Shown here one piece after another: positions 1-10,413 of a stretch of 63,716 nt of DNA. The translations under genes were made by a program, and so were the position numbers. Where the stretch lies: positions 1 to 63,716 of the forward strand of contig JBEGUF010000035.1 of assembly GCA_041179025.1 (NCBI GenBank). Reading direction: 5' to 3'. Origin of the DNA: Actinomycetota bacterium (GTDB lineage: Bacteria; Actinomycetota; Actinomycetes; Actinomycetales; Microbacteriaceae). Under the pieces are notes generated by a model that worked only from the letters and a program-made list of their open reading frames with translations, ran no database searches and was not told the DNA's origin. Each line of letters begins with the position of its first letter. Position 1 is the stretch's first letter.

Positions 1-63
1 CCACTCAACATCTACGTTGGGTAGCTTTCCGCGCTTTGAAATCAGTTGACTGAGGGTGGACAC
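1..63 (-). CDS. N-terminal fragment of a PdtaS (Rv3220c)-like sensor histidine kinase, runs off the window edge
   Basis: Manual translation from GTG at 63: MSTLSQLISKRGKLPNVDVEW, resembling the MSTL..L...DVEW start of actinobacterial PdtaS-type kinases; overlaps the end of the upstream ATPase gene. Confidence 0.55.
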   Translation of the reverse strand, partial: MSTLSQLISKRGKLPNVDVEW

Positions 64-881
64 TCTAAAAGTTTATGGCTGAGAAGGGCAATCGCATTCC
101 TCGCGGCGGATTTCCTTCTGGCTAGGGCAAGCGGAAGGTGTTGGCTCTCAGCCAATTGAAAAGCTGGCTGATCGTCAGGGACGGTGGCAAACACGGTCTG
201 TTTGGTGAGGGTTCTCAGTGCTGTGGTCACCGCGGGTTTCGCAATCGCGCGGTTTAAAACAAGAAGCTGATTTGGCTGTAGTTCTTGTAATTCGGTGAAG
301 TGATTGAGATGGCGCGAGAGCGAAAGCGATGTTTCAGCTAAGACGTTTAGCACGATGTCGGCTTGGGCTAGGGCAGTTCTGGTGGCAATGTTTCGCTCGG
401 TTGGGTGGTTGGTCGAGGTGAGGCTTGCTTCTAGGTGCGATGCCACATCGAGGATGACGATGTCGAATTCGTGTCGGGCCAGAAGCAGTAGCTGAGTAAT
501 GGTTTCTTCAGAGATCTCTGGCCATCGCCTTGATGAGGCAAGGCCCGTAAGGGCTCTGAACTCGGCTCGTCTATGCTTCACCTGGACGCTCAGGCGATCT
601 AATTGCTCGCGGTCGAACCTGCCTTGGCGAATTAGTCTGGCGCAACCCGCCAACGCTGCCGGAGGTTCGGCTACGCCCATTCGATGGGCAAGCGACGGGC
701 AGTAGGTGTCTAGATCGGCGAGTAGTACCCTTTTGCCCTGCTCGGCATATTCATAGGCCAGATTGAGTGCCAGCGAGCTTTTCCCAGTGGAACCAGAAGG
801 GCCGAACACCGTGAGCACGATGCTCGGGTTGGTCAATGCGGTTTGGCGTTTTGACCGGCTCCGGATCAAATTAGTAGTCAC
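42..881 (-). CDS. MinD/ParA/CpaE-like P-loop ATPase
   Basis: Deviant Walker A GPSGSTGKS, VLLADLD, FDIVILD and LVLNR motifs; 4-bp overlap with the SAF gene. Confidence 0.75.
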   Translation of the reverse strand: MTTNLIRSRSKRQTALTNPSIVLTVFGPSGSTGKSSLALNLAYEYAEQGKRVLLADLDTYCPSLAHRMGVAEPPAALAGCARLIRQGRFDREQLDRLSVQVKHRRAEFRALTGLASSRRWPEISEETITQLLLLARHEFDIVILDVASHLEASLTSTNHPTERNIATRTALAQADIVLNVLAETSLSLSRHLNHFTELQELQPNQLLVLNRAIAKPAVTTALRTLTKQTVFATVPDDQPAFQLAESQHLPLALARRKSAARNAIALLSHKLLECPPSVN

Positions 882-1483
882 TCGGATGCTTTTAGTGTCT
901 CTTGGAGAATGAGCGAAATCTTGTGATTCGAATCAGTTGCAAGTAGCAGCGGCTCCAGGTAGGCGGGGTCGATTCGTAGTTCCACCGAGGTGGACACCCG
1001 AGCCATAGAACTACTATTTTCGATTGCTAGCACAATTGCGCCGAAGACCACGGGCTCGGGTGCAATAGGTTGCGAGTTATTCAAAGATGATGCCCATACA
1101 TCCACTCGGTCGCCGACCATGATTGACTTTGATATCTGCGGAAGGTCATTTATGCGCACGGGAACCCGAATGTCGACTTCGTTTCCCAGAACGGACATAG
1201 GAAGAAGTTCACCTTTGAAGATAGAGCTGTGGGCAATGAAACCCTCTTGAAACTTACTAAGGTAAAGGCTTTTGAGGCTCCCCAACGGGACGCTAACGGA
1301 TTCGAGTTTCGCCTCGGTTATGGTTTCACCGGCAGCGATATTTGATTTAGCCAGCAAAACAGTTTGAGCTTTTTCTGGAAAACTCAAATTTAGCCCCGCA
1401 ATGACGATGGCTGCGAATAGTGCTGTGAACGACATCGCTGGCAACAGGAATCTCGTTCCAACCCTTTTGAGTTTCAGTTCCAT
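878..1483 (-). CDS. SAF-domain (CpaB/RcpC-like) membrane-anchored protein
   Basis: N-terminal TM; VLLAKSNIAAGETIT SAF-like pattern; GDRVDVW motif typical of CpaB-like proteins. Confidence 0.7.
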   Translation of the reverse strand: MELKLKRVGTRFLLPAMSFTALFAAIVIAGLNLSFPEKAQTVLLAKSNIAAGETITEAKLESVSVPLGSLKSLYLSKFQEGFIAHSSIFKGELLPMSVLGNEVDIRVPVRINDLPQISKSIMVGDRVDVWASSLNNSQPIAPEPVVFGAIVLAIENSSSMARVSTSVELRIDPAYLEPLLLATDSNHKISLILQETLKASE

Positions 1484-1947
1484 TAGTTGTCTCCCGCGTG
1501 CACTTCAAGCCATGCCAATCGCTCGATGGCTACTGCTAGAACTTCATCGGTAGCCTCGAATAAAATCAGTGCGTTTAGAACCTGGAGCACCCGGCCTTTA
1601 CGGATTTGTTGACCGTCGCCGGATAGAGAGTAGCGAACGAAACGGCCTGTGAGGCTGCTTGAAAGAATCTCCAGATCGTTTTGTGAATCGAGATTCGGTT
1701 CGCTCTGATCATTGAAAGTGAGCTTTGCCACGCCGAGAGTGCGATGGGGTTGAAATCTCCAGATAGCCCTGCCCGAAACGATTCCTGCCACGAAGTTGCT
1801 CCCGAGGATGGGTCGATCTAACGTGATTCGGTTGCCAGAGATTGATGCCGAGAGCCGTTGCAACCCTAAACGTTGGGGTTGTTTTGCGCTGGAAAGCTCA
1901 GCATCAAACTGGGTCTCAAGATCTTCAAAAAGTTTGTCGAGATTCAT
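1483..1947 (-). CDS. Conserved hypothetical protein
   Basis: MNLDKLFEDLETQFDAE start resembles the actinobacterial hypothetical found upstream of SAF genes; ATG 1947 preferred over 1980; coupled to the SAF gene. Confidence 0.6.
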   Translation of the reverse strand: MNLDKLFEDLETQFDAELSSAKQPQRLGLQRLSASISGNRITLDRPILGSNFVAGIVSGRAIWRFQPHRTLGVAKLTFNDQSEPNLDSQNDLEILSSSLTGRFVRYSLSGDGQQIRKGRVLQVLNALILFEATDEVLAVAIERLAWLEVHAGDN

Positions 1948-1986
1948 AAAACGATTATTTGAGAATTCAGCGGGGTCCACGAAAAG

Positions 1987-1995
1987 TTATCCACA
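1987..1995 (+). promoter_or_regulatory. Perfect DnaA box TTATCCACA
   Basis: Exact consensus 9-mer in the divergent intergenic region 1948-2066. Confidence 0.45.
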
Positions 1996-2066
1996 GCGAA
2001 CGGCAAGTTACCTAGACGAGCAAATGCATCCGTTTTAACGTGTGAGGAATAGAAAGGTGGATCGAA

Positions 2067-2435
2067 TTGGAAACAAGAACCAAAAACACCGTGGGGGCAG
2101 ACGCATCGAGAGAATTGGAATTTATCGCCCCCGCAATTATCGAAGTTATCGAAGGCGCCAGAAGCGTTACTCAACTGGGCGGGCTGATTAACGAAGACGT
2201 TTATCAAATGCTTCGAAGGAGAGCAATCGAGCAGGCAACCCTAAGACGTGAACGCGGTCAGAGTGCAGCTGAATTCCCGCGGGTTACCGTGACTGATATC
2301 CATCAAGAATCAAGCAGGCCGGGCACGATTGATTCAATTGTGCTGCTGAGAATTAGAAATCGAACGCGAGCGATGACCGTGAAAATGGAACATCGCGTTG
2401 GTCGCTGGCTGGCAACTGCAATTACCGTGCTCTAG
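2067..2435 (+). CDS. Rv3235-family protein
   Basis: [24 protein letters not shown] and [11 protein letters not shown] motifs; convergent to secA as in other Actinobacteria; RBS GAAAGG before TTG. Confidence 0.75.
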   Translation: METRTKNTVGADASRELEFIAPAIIEVIEGARSVTQLGGLINEDVYQMLRRRAIEQATLRRERGQSAAEFPRVTVTDIHQESSRPGTIDSIVLLRIRNRTRAMTVKMEHRVGRWLATAITVL

Positions 2436-5062
2436 TTTTTGAAGAAGCTGCTGCCAGGGGTGTGGCCACCCTTGTTGTCGTTCTTATCCTTGGCAACCTC
2501 GGTGATCTCAGGTGTGCCCTCTTCGCTAGGGGCGCTGTAGGTGAGTTCCTCCGGCTCCGGAGCTGGCGCCACCTGAACTTCTAGATTGAACAGATACATG
2601 ATGGTTTCTTCTCGAATAGCACCGGTCATCTGCTGGAACATCACGTAACCCTCGCGCTGGTATTCCACCAACGGATCGCGCTGAGCCATGGCACGAAGAC
2701 CAATACCCTCTTTTAGATAATCCATTTCGTAAAGGTGTTCGCGCCACTTGCGGTCAACCACCGATAGAACCACTCGGCGTTCAAGTTCGCGCATGCTCTC
2801 GGTGCCGATGGTTTCAGTGCGCTTGAGGTAAGCCAACCTCGCGTCGCTGAGAAGCTCGGCAACCAAGAACTTCTTGGTGAGCCTTGCCCTGGTACCTGCT
2901 TCTGCGAGAACCTCAGAAATTTCAAGACCAACCGGATAAATCGCCTTCAAGTCGGTCCAGAGGGCTTCCAGGTTCCAGTCGCTGGTGGCTTCACCGGCGT
3001 GCTGGTTCACCACGGTTTCGATTACCGAGGTTAGGAAGTCGTCGATACGCCCGGTGATGTCTTCACCCTCGAGAATCTGGCGACGGTCGTTGTAGATGGC
3101 GTCGCGCTGGCGAGACATCACGTCGTCGTATTTCAAAACGTTCTTGCGAATTTCGGCGTTACGACCTTCAAGCTGAGACTGCGCGCTGGCAATCGCTCTG
3201 GAAACCAGTTTCGATTCAATCGCCATCTCGTCTGGGATATCGCTGCGGTTCATCATCGTGGCAGCGGCACCAGAGTTGAAGGCTCTCATCAAATCGTCGG
3301 TGAGCGAGAGGTAGAAGCGCGATTCGCCGGGGTCACCCTGACGACCGGCACGACCACGTAGCTGGTTGTCGATTCGGCGTGATTCGTGACGCTCGGTTCC
3401 TAGAACGTAAAGACCGCCAACGGCAACAACCTGCTCGGCCTCTTTGGCAACCGTCTCCTTGATTTCGGCGAAAGTTTTATCCCAGGCGGTTTGGTATTCC
3501 TCGGTGTTGGTGTCTGGGTCTAGACCTTTGGCAGCCAAAGCTTCAACGGTCAGGAACTCGGCGTTTCCTCCGAGCATGATGTCGGTGCCTCGACCAGCCA
3601 TATTCGTGGCAACAGTTACCGCGCCCAGACGACCGGCCTGTGCCACGATGTGGGCTTCTCGGGCGTGGTTCTTGGCGTTTAGAACCTCGTGACGAACCCC
3701 GCGCTTGGCTAGAAGTTTCGACAGGTATTCGCTCTTCTCAACCGAGTTGGTACCGATCAAAACCGGCTGTTTGGTCTCGTGACGGGCAGCGATGTCTTCG
3801 ACCACCTGAGCGAACTTCACTTCTTCGTTCTTGTAGATGAGGTCAGCTTGATCTAGACGAATCATTGGTCGGTTGGTAGGAATTGCAATCACACCGAGCT
3901 TGTAGGTGCTCATGAATTCACCAGCTTCGGTTTCTGCAGTACCGGTCATACCGGCCAGCTTTCCGTAGCTTCTGAAGTAGTTCTGTAGGGTGATGGTAGC
4001 GAGAGTTTGGTTTTCAGCCTTAACTTCGACGCCCTCTTTGGCTTCCACAGCCTGGTGCATTCCCTCGCTGTAACGACGACCAGCCAGCATACGTCCGGTG
4101 TGTTCGTCGACGATCAGAACTTCGCCGTTCATCACTACGTAGTCCTTGTCGCGCTTGAACAGAGCCTTGGCGCGGATGGCATTGTTTAGGAACGAGATCA
4201 GCGGGGTGTTCTCCGACTCGTAGAGGTTGTCGATGCCGAGGTAGTCTTCTACCTTTTCGATTCCTGGCTCTAGGATTCCAACGGTTCGCTTCTTTTCATC
4301 AACTTCGTAGTCGATGATTGGCTCGAGCTTTTCAGCAATTTTTGCAAACTCGTTGAACCAGCGGTTCACGTCGCCCGATGCTGGTCCGGAGATAATCAGC
4401 GGTGTTCTAGCCTCGTCGATAAGAATCGAGTCAACCTCGTCGATGATGGCGAAGTAGTGTCCGCGCTGAACTAATTCAGCCTGGCTGTGAGCCATATTGT
4501 CGCGAAGGTAGTCGAAACCGAACTCATTGTTGGTTCCGTAGGTGATGTCGGCCTGATACTGCTCGCGGCGAACCTGTGGGTCTTGGTTTGAGAGGATGCA
4601 ACCAGTAGTCATTCCCAGTGCGCGGAACACGCGACCCATTAGTTCGCTCTGGTAACCGGCCAAGAAGTCGTTTACGGTCACGACGTGCACACCGCGACCA
4701 GCGATAGCGTTTAGGTAGGCGGGAAGGGTGGCAACTAGAGTCTTTCCTTCACCGGTTCGCATTTCGGCGATGTTGCCCAGGTGTAGTGCAGCTCCACCCA
4801 TGATCTGAACATCGAAGTGGCGCATGCCAAGAGTTCTACTGGCAGCCTCGCGCACCGCTGCGAAGGCTTCAGGTAGTAGGTCGTCTAGTGATTCGCCGGC
4901 AGCAAATCTTTCGCGAAGTGCTTCGGTCTCACCGCGCAGCTGCTCGTCGGTGAGAAGCTTGAAGTCTTCCTCAAGGGCATTTACCGCAACCACGTAATTA
5001 CGTAGTTTTCCAAGAATTCGGCCTTCTCCAGCGCGAAGCAACTTATTGATCAACGATGCCAA
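2432..5062 (-). CDS. secA: Preprotein translocase ATPase SecA
   Basis: MRTGEGKT Walker [44 protein letters not shown]. Confidence 0.99.
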   Translation of the reverse strand: MASLINKLLRAGEGRILGKLRNYVVAVNALEEDFKLLTDEQLRGETEALRERFAAGESLDDLLPEAFAAVREAASRTLGMRHFDVQIMGGAALHLGNIAEMRTGEGKTLVATLPAYLNAIAGRGVHVVTVNDFLAGYQSELMGRVFRALGMTTGCILSNQDPQVRREQYQADITYGTNNEFGFDYLRDNMAHSQAELVQRGHYFAIIDEVDSILIDEARTPLIISGPASGDVNRWFNEFAKIAEKLEPIIDYEVDEKKRTVGILEPGIEKVEDYLGIDNLYESENTPLISFLNNAIRAKALFKRDKDYVVMNGEVLIVDEHTGRMLAGRRYSEGMHQAVEAKEGVEVKAENQTLATITLQNYFRSYGKLAGMTGTAETEAGEFMSTYKLGVIAIPTNRPMIRLDQADLIYKNEEVKFAQVVEDIAARHETKQPVLIGTNSVEKSEYLSKLLAKRGVRHEVLNAKNHAREAHIVAQAGRLGAVTVATNMAGRGTDIMLGGNAEFLTVEALAAKGLDPDTNTEEYQTAWDKTFAEIKETVAKEAEQVVAVGGLYVLGTERHESRRIDNQLRGRAGRQGDPGESRFYLSLTDDLMRAFNSGAAATMMNRSDIPDEMAIESKLVSRAIASAQSQLEGRNAEIRKNVLKYDDVMSRQRDAIYNDRRQILEGEDITGRIDDFLTSVIETVVNQHAGEATSDWNLEALWTDLKAIYPVGLEISEVLAEAGTRARLTKKFLVAELLSDARLAYLKRTETIGTESMRELERRVVLSVVDRKWREHLYEMDYLKEGIGLRAMAQRDPLVEYQREGYVMFQQMTGAIREETIMYLFNLEVQVAPAPEPEELTYSAPSEEGTPEITEVAKDKNDNKGGHTPGSSFFKN

Positions 5063-5132
5063 AACGACTCCAAGTCTTTAGGGACAATCCTCTCTCAATC
5101 TTACCCTTGGAGCCCTTTTTGGTTACTGCGCT

Positions 5133-5747
5133 CTAGACAAGTGCGATGATGCCGTAATTCCAACCTTTGCGGCGATAGGCAACGCTCGGCTTACCGTTTT
5201 CGGAGTCTAGGAACAGGTAAAAATCATGACCGAGAAGTTCCATGTTGGTAATTGCGTCGTCGGCGGTCATTTCCTCAGCGTGAAACTCTTTTCGCCTGAT
5301 TACCACGGGAGACGAACCTAAGTCTTTGGCCTCTTCAGCCGCTTCACTCGGGTGCAGCAGGCTCAGATCGGCCGGGGTGATGTCTAGAGCGGCAAATTCC
5401 GTTGCCGTGAGCTCTGCGGTACCAGGTGCTCCGTGGTGGCCGTGGTGAGGCTTTCTGCGGTCGTTAGCCCTACGAAGGCGCTCGGTGAGCTTCCCCCAGG
5501 CCATGTCGAATGCAGAAAACTTGTCTTGGGCATGAGCCTCGGCGCGAATAATCTGCCCGGTCGCGAACACGGTGAGCTCGACCTGATCTTCCGGACCCGA
5601 GTTACGTGAGTGATCGTGACGAGTGACTTTGACGGCGAGCTCTTGCACTCTATGCAGGAGGTGCTCAACTTTTTCGGCCCGCTCGGATACATAATCTCGA
5701 AAACGGTCGGAGACGGTTAGGTTTTTTGCGGAAAAGCTTAGTTCCAT
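5133..5747 (-). CDS. hpf: Ribosome hibernation promoting factor (long HPF/RaiA)
   Basis: S30AE N-terminal fold; C-terminal MELLGHDFYLF...YRRKGWNYG; comF-hpf-secA synteny. Confidence 0.93.
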   Translation of the reverse strand: MELSFSAKNLTVSDRFRDYVSERAEKVEHLLHRVQELAVKVTRHDHSRNSGPEDQVELTVFATGQIIRAEAHAQDKFSAFDMAWGKLTERLRRANDRRKPHHGHHGAPGTAELTATEFAALDITPADLSLLHPSEAAEEAKDLGSSPVVIRRKEFHAEEMTADDAITNMELLGHDFYLFLDSENGKPSVAYRRKGWNYGIIALV

Positions 5748-6406
5748 GATGTTCCTCCATCTGCAGGCAACGTTGCCTGTGTAGTCAAGTTACACCTTTT
5801 CGATTCGGTTTCGGCAAAAGTTAGAAAGCCAATAATTGTGTGGCCGGAGTTTTCTAGGGTTTTTGTAGCCGCCTGAAGGGTGGAACCGGTAGTGATCACG
5901 TCGTCGATGAGAACTATCCGCTCGTTACCAACCTGCGCCAGCATTGAGTTCAACTGATTTGCCGACCGCTGCGAGGGGCTCAAGCGAGATTGATCCTGAG
6001 TTTGACGGCCTCTCACTAGAAGGTTTTGGTAGGTGATTCCGGGAAGCTCTCGGCAGAGTTCGCGGGCGATTACCTCTGCGGGGTTGAATCCGCGCTCGCG
6101 AAGGGAGCTGAAGTTACTTGGCACCGGCACTAGGCAGGTTGGCCTTTCAGAAAAACAGTTGAGCAGTGGCTTCAAACGTGTTGCCAGAAAGGCTCCGAGA
6201 GAGCTCTCTCCCAATTCTTTGAATGAACGAAGCACCAACCTCACGGAATCGGTGTAGGAAGTGGCGGAGAAACCAATTAGATTATCTCGAAACACCAATC
6301 TGGGATCTAATCCCAAGTTATCGGAACAGTCGCTGCAGATTCTTTCGCAAAGTTTTCCGCAAACCAAACAGGTGCCTGGGATAAAGATATCGAGCAAGGA
6401 TGCCAT
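5738..6406 (-). CDS. comF: ComF-family phosphoribosyltransferase-like protein
   Basis: CxxC...CxxC zinc ribbon, RERGFNPA, LIDDVITTGST; ATG 6406 chosen as start. Confidence 0.88.
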   Translation of the reverse strand: MASLLDIFIPGTCLVCGKLCERICSDCSDNLGLDPRLVFRDNLIGFSATSYTDSVRLVLRSFKELGESSLGAFLATRLKPLLNCFSERPTCLVPVPSNFSSLRERGFNPAEVIARELCRELPGITYQNLLVRGRQTQDQSRLSPSQRSANQLNSMLAQVGNERIVLIDDVITTGSTLQAATKTLENSGHTIIGFLTFAETESKRCNLTTQATLPADGGTSWN

Positions 6407-6466
6407 TTGCCAAGATTGCCTCAAGGCAGTTGGTGTTTTTGAGTTTGATTTTGTTTCTGGGGAAAA

Positions 6467-8140
6467 CTATTGGCCAGACATTCGTAGCGCAAGCACGTTG
6501 TTCAGCGTTGAATCCCAGCCAAACGTCTTGGAAACAAAAAGAGTTCCAGAGGTATCTAGGTAGAGGTGGTTAGCGCCAATCGGGCTCACCGCCGCAATGC
6601 CGTTCACTGTGGCGCGACCCACGGTTGAAGCGCCTCCGATGAGGACCGTCAACATCGATTGGCCGCCAAGTTTGTCTCTCACCAAACCGGTTAGAGTAAC
6701 CCGGTCCATCCAGCTGATGGTCTGGGTCGACCGACTAAATTGAGTTAGTTTATAGGGCTCTCCGAGAGAGATCACGATGCGGTTTTTGTCTCGGATCACC
6801 GGAAAAATGTCAACACTCGAGCCGTTGAAATAATCATGTAGAACAGCAAGCCTCGAACCTTCCGGGCTCATTGAAATTGCTCTAATCGCGCTTCTGAAAC
6901 CGTATGGGTTCGGTAGAGAAACCGAGTTGCCGTTTCTATCAATCACTCGAATGTCTGCACCGCGCTGGGAACTTGCAGTCCAAACCTGGTTGAAAGGATC
7001 GAGAGTTGGGTTGAGCAGATTTGCTCTTGCATCAACGAGTTTGTTCTTCACGCCAATCAAGCCGAGGGAATAGGTGTGTACCGAGTTATTGGCGAGCAGA
7101 GCCAGGAAGGACTCGTCGCTAGATAACGCGAAACCCGTGGCCCCGAGCTGCTTCACCGGAACCTCCGCATCCTTCACATCGAATGTGTTGGTACCCGTTA
7201 CGTGAAACAATCCTTCGGAGGTTAGTACCACCGGCAGATTGGACGGTGTGTTGGAAATACCTGGTGAACCGGATGCGATTTCCTGCACGGTGCGTTCAAT
7301 CGATATCGTCACGCCCACAACTCCGGCAATCTCGCTCAGCGTAGCGAGCAGCTGTGATTTCAGATATGGGCGTTTCCATGCCGGAATCTTCAGGGCGGTG
7401 GCATTCAGGTCTACCACCGCGTTCCCGTTGGTGATGGTTACCGAGTTGATGTTGAGCTTTGTGCCCTTAGGTAAAATTTGCTGAACCGCCGGAGCGAGCC
7501 AATCGCTTGGTCCGGAGATCACCGCGTTGGTGATTCTGGTTGCGATAGCCGCTTTGATTGGGAACCAGCGAACCTCTGGAACCAGGTAGTTCAAAGACTG
7601 ATCCCAGAAATAGACCGAGACGGGCTGGAACAATAGCCCGAAGTTTGGGCGAAGCAGAATCGTGAGGTTTGGCGCCGAGGAGATACGCCAGTTGCCGAAA
7701 ACCTGCAGCAACCTGAACTCAATAACGCGCACTGAGCCAGGCGTTGAGATGTAGGTTCCGTCTTCAAGGATTTGGGCATCGAATGGCACTTCCATGCGGA
7801 TTTTGGTACCGGTATTGGAAATGATTTTGGTTTCGCCACTTTGAATTAGGGTCTCTGAAGCAGGCTTCCACTTTGCTGAGAAACTAGCGGTTAGATACTC
7901 TCTGGCCACCGCATAGTCTTCCTGAGGCCCATTTCCCGCGTATAGAAAGCCGGTGATAATTTGCTCCTGGGAGGCTTCGCTGACCGGGCCTGAGGGCGAG
8001 TAATAGAGTGTTTCGCTGGAACCACCGGTTTGAATCTCTGGGCCGATTTGATTGATTCGAATTGAAGGAAGCGTTGCGCAAGCAGAAAGAACCAGAGTTG
8101 TTGTCACGGCAGCTACGGCTCGAAGGAGTAGGCGAATCAA
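6467..8140 (-). CDS. lpqB: Lipoprotein LpqB (GerMN domain plus beta-propeller)
   Basis: Lipobox LSAC, AREYLT, YLVPEVRWF, GPSDWL; third gene of the mtrAB operon. Confidence 0.88.
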   Translation of the reverse strand: MIRLLLRAVAAVTTTLVLSACATLPSIRINQIGPEIQTGGSSETLYYSPSGPVSEASQEQIITGFLYAGNGPQEDYAVAREYLTASFSAKWKPASETLIQSGETKIISNTGTKIRMEVPFDAQILEDGTYISTPGSVRVIEFRLLQVFGNWRISSAPNLTILLRPNFGLLFQPVSVYFWDQSLNYLVPEVRWFPIKAAIATRITNAVISGPSDWLAPAVQQILPKGTKLNINSVTITNGNAVVDLNATALKIPAWKRPYLKSQLLATLSEIAGVVGVTISIERTVQEIASGSPGISNTPSNLPVVLTSEGLFHVTGTNTFDVKDAEVPVKQLGATGFALSSDESFLALLANNSVHTYSLGLIGVKNKLVDARANLLNPTLDPFNQVWTASSQRGADIRVIDRNGNSVSLPNPYGFRSAIRAISMSPEGSRLAVLHDYFNGSSVDIFPVIRDKNRIVISLGEPYKLTQFSRSTQTISWMDRVTLTGLVRDKLGGQSMLTVLIGGASTVGRATVNGIAAVSPIGANHLYLDTSGTLFVSKTFGWDSTLNNVLALRMSGQ

Positions 8141-9711
8141 ATCCTGCTCCTCTGGCTGAGGGTTTCACCAAGCGGCAACGGCGACTCGGTGAATATCGCT
8201 CCGATGCGGCGTGGGAGGGTAAGCCTAAAAGTGGTGCCCTGGTTCGGCTTAGACGTAACCTGCAACCAACCCTGATGAAGATGCGTATCCTCCAACGAAA
8301 TGGCCAAACCCAGACCGGTTCCGCCGGTGGTGCGTTTTCTAGCTGGGTCGCCGCGCCAGAAGCGGTCGAACACGCGATCCATTTGCGAACGACTCATGCC
8401 AACGCCCAGATCCTTGATGGTTACTGCCACCGCCGTTTTAGATCGTCCCACCTGAATCTCCACCGGCTTACCAGCGCCATGCTCAATTGCATTTGAAATC
8501 AGGTTGCGAAGCACTCGCTCAATTCGTCGTGGATCGAAATCTGCGTCAACCGGCCGAGATGGCAGCTTGAGAATTAGTTCGCAGCCCAGCGTCTCTGCCA
8601 GAGGCTCCAACCCAGAAACCGCGATGCTAACCACATCGTTCAAATTGTTGGGTTCGATTTCGGCAACCACAGCACCGGCGTCGTATCGGGAAATTTCTAG
8701 AAGGTCGGTGAGTAGCGACTCGAATCTGGCAACCTGGGAAACCAGGGTGTCGAGAGCTCGTCTGGCTTTGGGATCTAACTCGTCAACCTTGGCTTCGAGC
8801 ATCTCGGTAGCAAGTTTGATTGTCGTGAGCGGCGTGCGAAGTTCGTGAGAAACGTCGGAAACGAATCTTTGCTGCATCTTGCTGAGTTTGCTCAGCTGGC
8901 CGATCTGGGTTTCTAGGCTTTGGGCCATTCGGTTGAACGAGCGGGCTAGCGCTGCCACAACATCCTGCCCTCGCTCAGGAAGACGTTGATCGAGCGAACC
9001 GAGAGCCAACTGCTCGGCCACCAGAGCTGCGCGTTCCACGGGAGCCACAATTCTGCGAGTAACAAAATATGCCACGATACCGAGCAGGAGAATCATCACT
9101 AGACCGCCGATTGCCAAAGTTGACTGCATGAAATCTAGAGTTTCTTGAGCATCTGAGATGTCATAGACCAGGTACAGCTCGTAATCGCCGGCAACTGGAA
9201 TTACAACCTTCGAACCAACCACAATCGACGGCGAGAGCTCTCCGTTGGAGTTGAGCGAAATCGTGCGGTAAACCAGTTTGTTTTCCGTCTTAGCCACTTT
9301 CGCGCGAAGCGTGGCGGGAATGTCGGATACCGTTAGGTCGCCGGATATGGGTGATTGGAGAAACTGGTTGGTTGCCTGATTTGGGCTACGTAGCAACGCT
9401 ACTTTTCGAGAACCATTGGCTGTTTTTTGTTCGAGGTTAGGAATAACCTCATTCACGAGAGTTTGAAGCGCAACCACATCGGTGTTGCCGGTTGCGGTGA
9501 AGGTTTTCTGAACTTCAGCGCTGGCCTGCTTGGACTCCTGGAGTACCTGCTCGATGCGAGTTTGAAAAAGTCCGTTACCGATGGTTAGAGATAGAAATCC
9601 ACCTACTGCAATCAAAGCGGCAGCACTGAGAGCGACCGTGATGGTTACATAGCGCACCTGAATCGATCGACGAAAGACGTCGAAGATTGCAGTAGCTAAT
9701 TTGCTGAACAC
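8137..9711 (-). CDS. mtrB: Sensor histidine kinase MtrB
   Basis: 2 TM, HAMP, QQRFVSDVSHELRTPLT, NLISNAIEH, GGTGLGLAI. Confidence 0.93.
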   Translation of the reverse strand: MFSKLATAIFDVFRRSIQVRYVTITVALSAAALIAVGGFLSLTIGNGLFQTRIEQVLQESKQASAEVQKTFTATGNTDVVALQTLVNEVIPNLEQKTANGSRKVALLRSPNQATNQFLQSPISGDLTVSDIPATLRAKVAKTENKLVYRTISLNSNGELSPSIVVGSKVVIPVAGDYELYLVYDISDAQETLDFMQSTLAIGGLVMILLLGIVAYFVTRRIVAPVERAALVAEQLALGSLDQRLPERGQDVVAALARSFNRMAQSLETQIGQLSKLSKMQQRFVSDVSHELRTPLTTIKLATEMLEAKVDELDPKARRALDTLVSQVARFESLLTDLLEISRYDAGAVVAEIEPNNLNDVVSIAVSGLEPLAETLGCELILKLPSRPVDADFDPRRIERVLRNLISNAIEHGAGKPVEIQVGRSKTAVAVTIKDLGVGMSRSQMDRVFDRFWRGDPARKRTTGGTGLGLAISLEDTHLHQGWLQVTSKPNQGTTFRLTLPRRIGAIFTESPLPLGETLSQRSRI

Positions 9712-9720
9712 TTTGACTGG

Positions 9721-10398
9721 CTAGAACTGCCCGGCTTTATAGCCAACACCGCGTTCGGTGACCACAATCTTTGGATTGTCTGGGTCATCCTCGATTTTCG
9801 AACGAAGGCGCTGCACGTGAACGTTAACAAGACGGGTATCGGCGTCGTAGTGGTAACCCCAAACCTTCTTCAGCAGATCCTCGCGCTTGAAAACCTGTTT
9901 AGGAGCTTCCGCCAGAGTTTGCAAAAGATTGAATTCGAGTGGGGTTAGAGCCACGCGAACGCCATCGCGCCGAACCTCATGACCGAGCACATCGATAACC
10001 AGCGGGCCGAGAATGATTTCGCTTACTTCCGACTGACGCATTGGGCGCAATCGAGCCTCGATACGCGCCTGAAGAACTTTGAATGACGGCATGGGCTTCA
10101 GAATGTAATCGTCGGCACCGGCTTCTAGCCCCTCAACCACGTGTTCGTCCTCGGTTTTAGCAGTAAGCATGATGATTGGAACACCGCTCACGGCCCTGAT
10201 CTCGCGACAAACTTCGATGCCGGTCTTATTTGGAAGCATCACGTCGAGGAGAACCAAATCCGGTGCGAAATCTTGGAACTCTAGGAATGCATTGCCACCG
10301 TCGGTCACGCCCAAGGCCTGGTAGCCAGCGTTCTCGAGAAGGTCGGTGAGTTGCTGGTTTAGCGGTAGTTCATCTTCGACAACTAGAACTTTTTGCAT
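9721..10398 (-). CDS. mtrA: Response regulator MtrA
   Basis: OmpR-type; VWGY..DTRLVNVHVQRLRSKIE signature. Confidence 0.93.
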   Translation of the reverse strand: MQKVLVVEDELPLNQQLTDLLENAGYQALGVTDGGNAFLEFQDFAPDLVLLDVMLPNKTGIEVCREIRAVSGVPIIMLTAKTEDEHVVEGLEAGADDYILKPMPSFKVLQARIEARLRPMRQSEVSEIILGPLVIDVLGHEVRRDGVRVALTPLEFNLLQTLAEAPKQVFKREDLLKKVWGYHYDADTRLVNVHVQRLRSKIEDDPDNPKIVVTERGVGYKAGQF

Positions 10399-10413
10399 AT
10401 TTGAATTACGCCT

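Noticed and set aside
2432-2560. SecA lacking a C-terminal zinc-binding SEC-C motif
   Set aside because: The tail is variable and often absent in Actinobacteria; not a truncation or pseudogene
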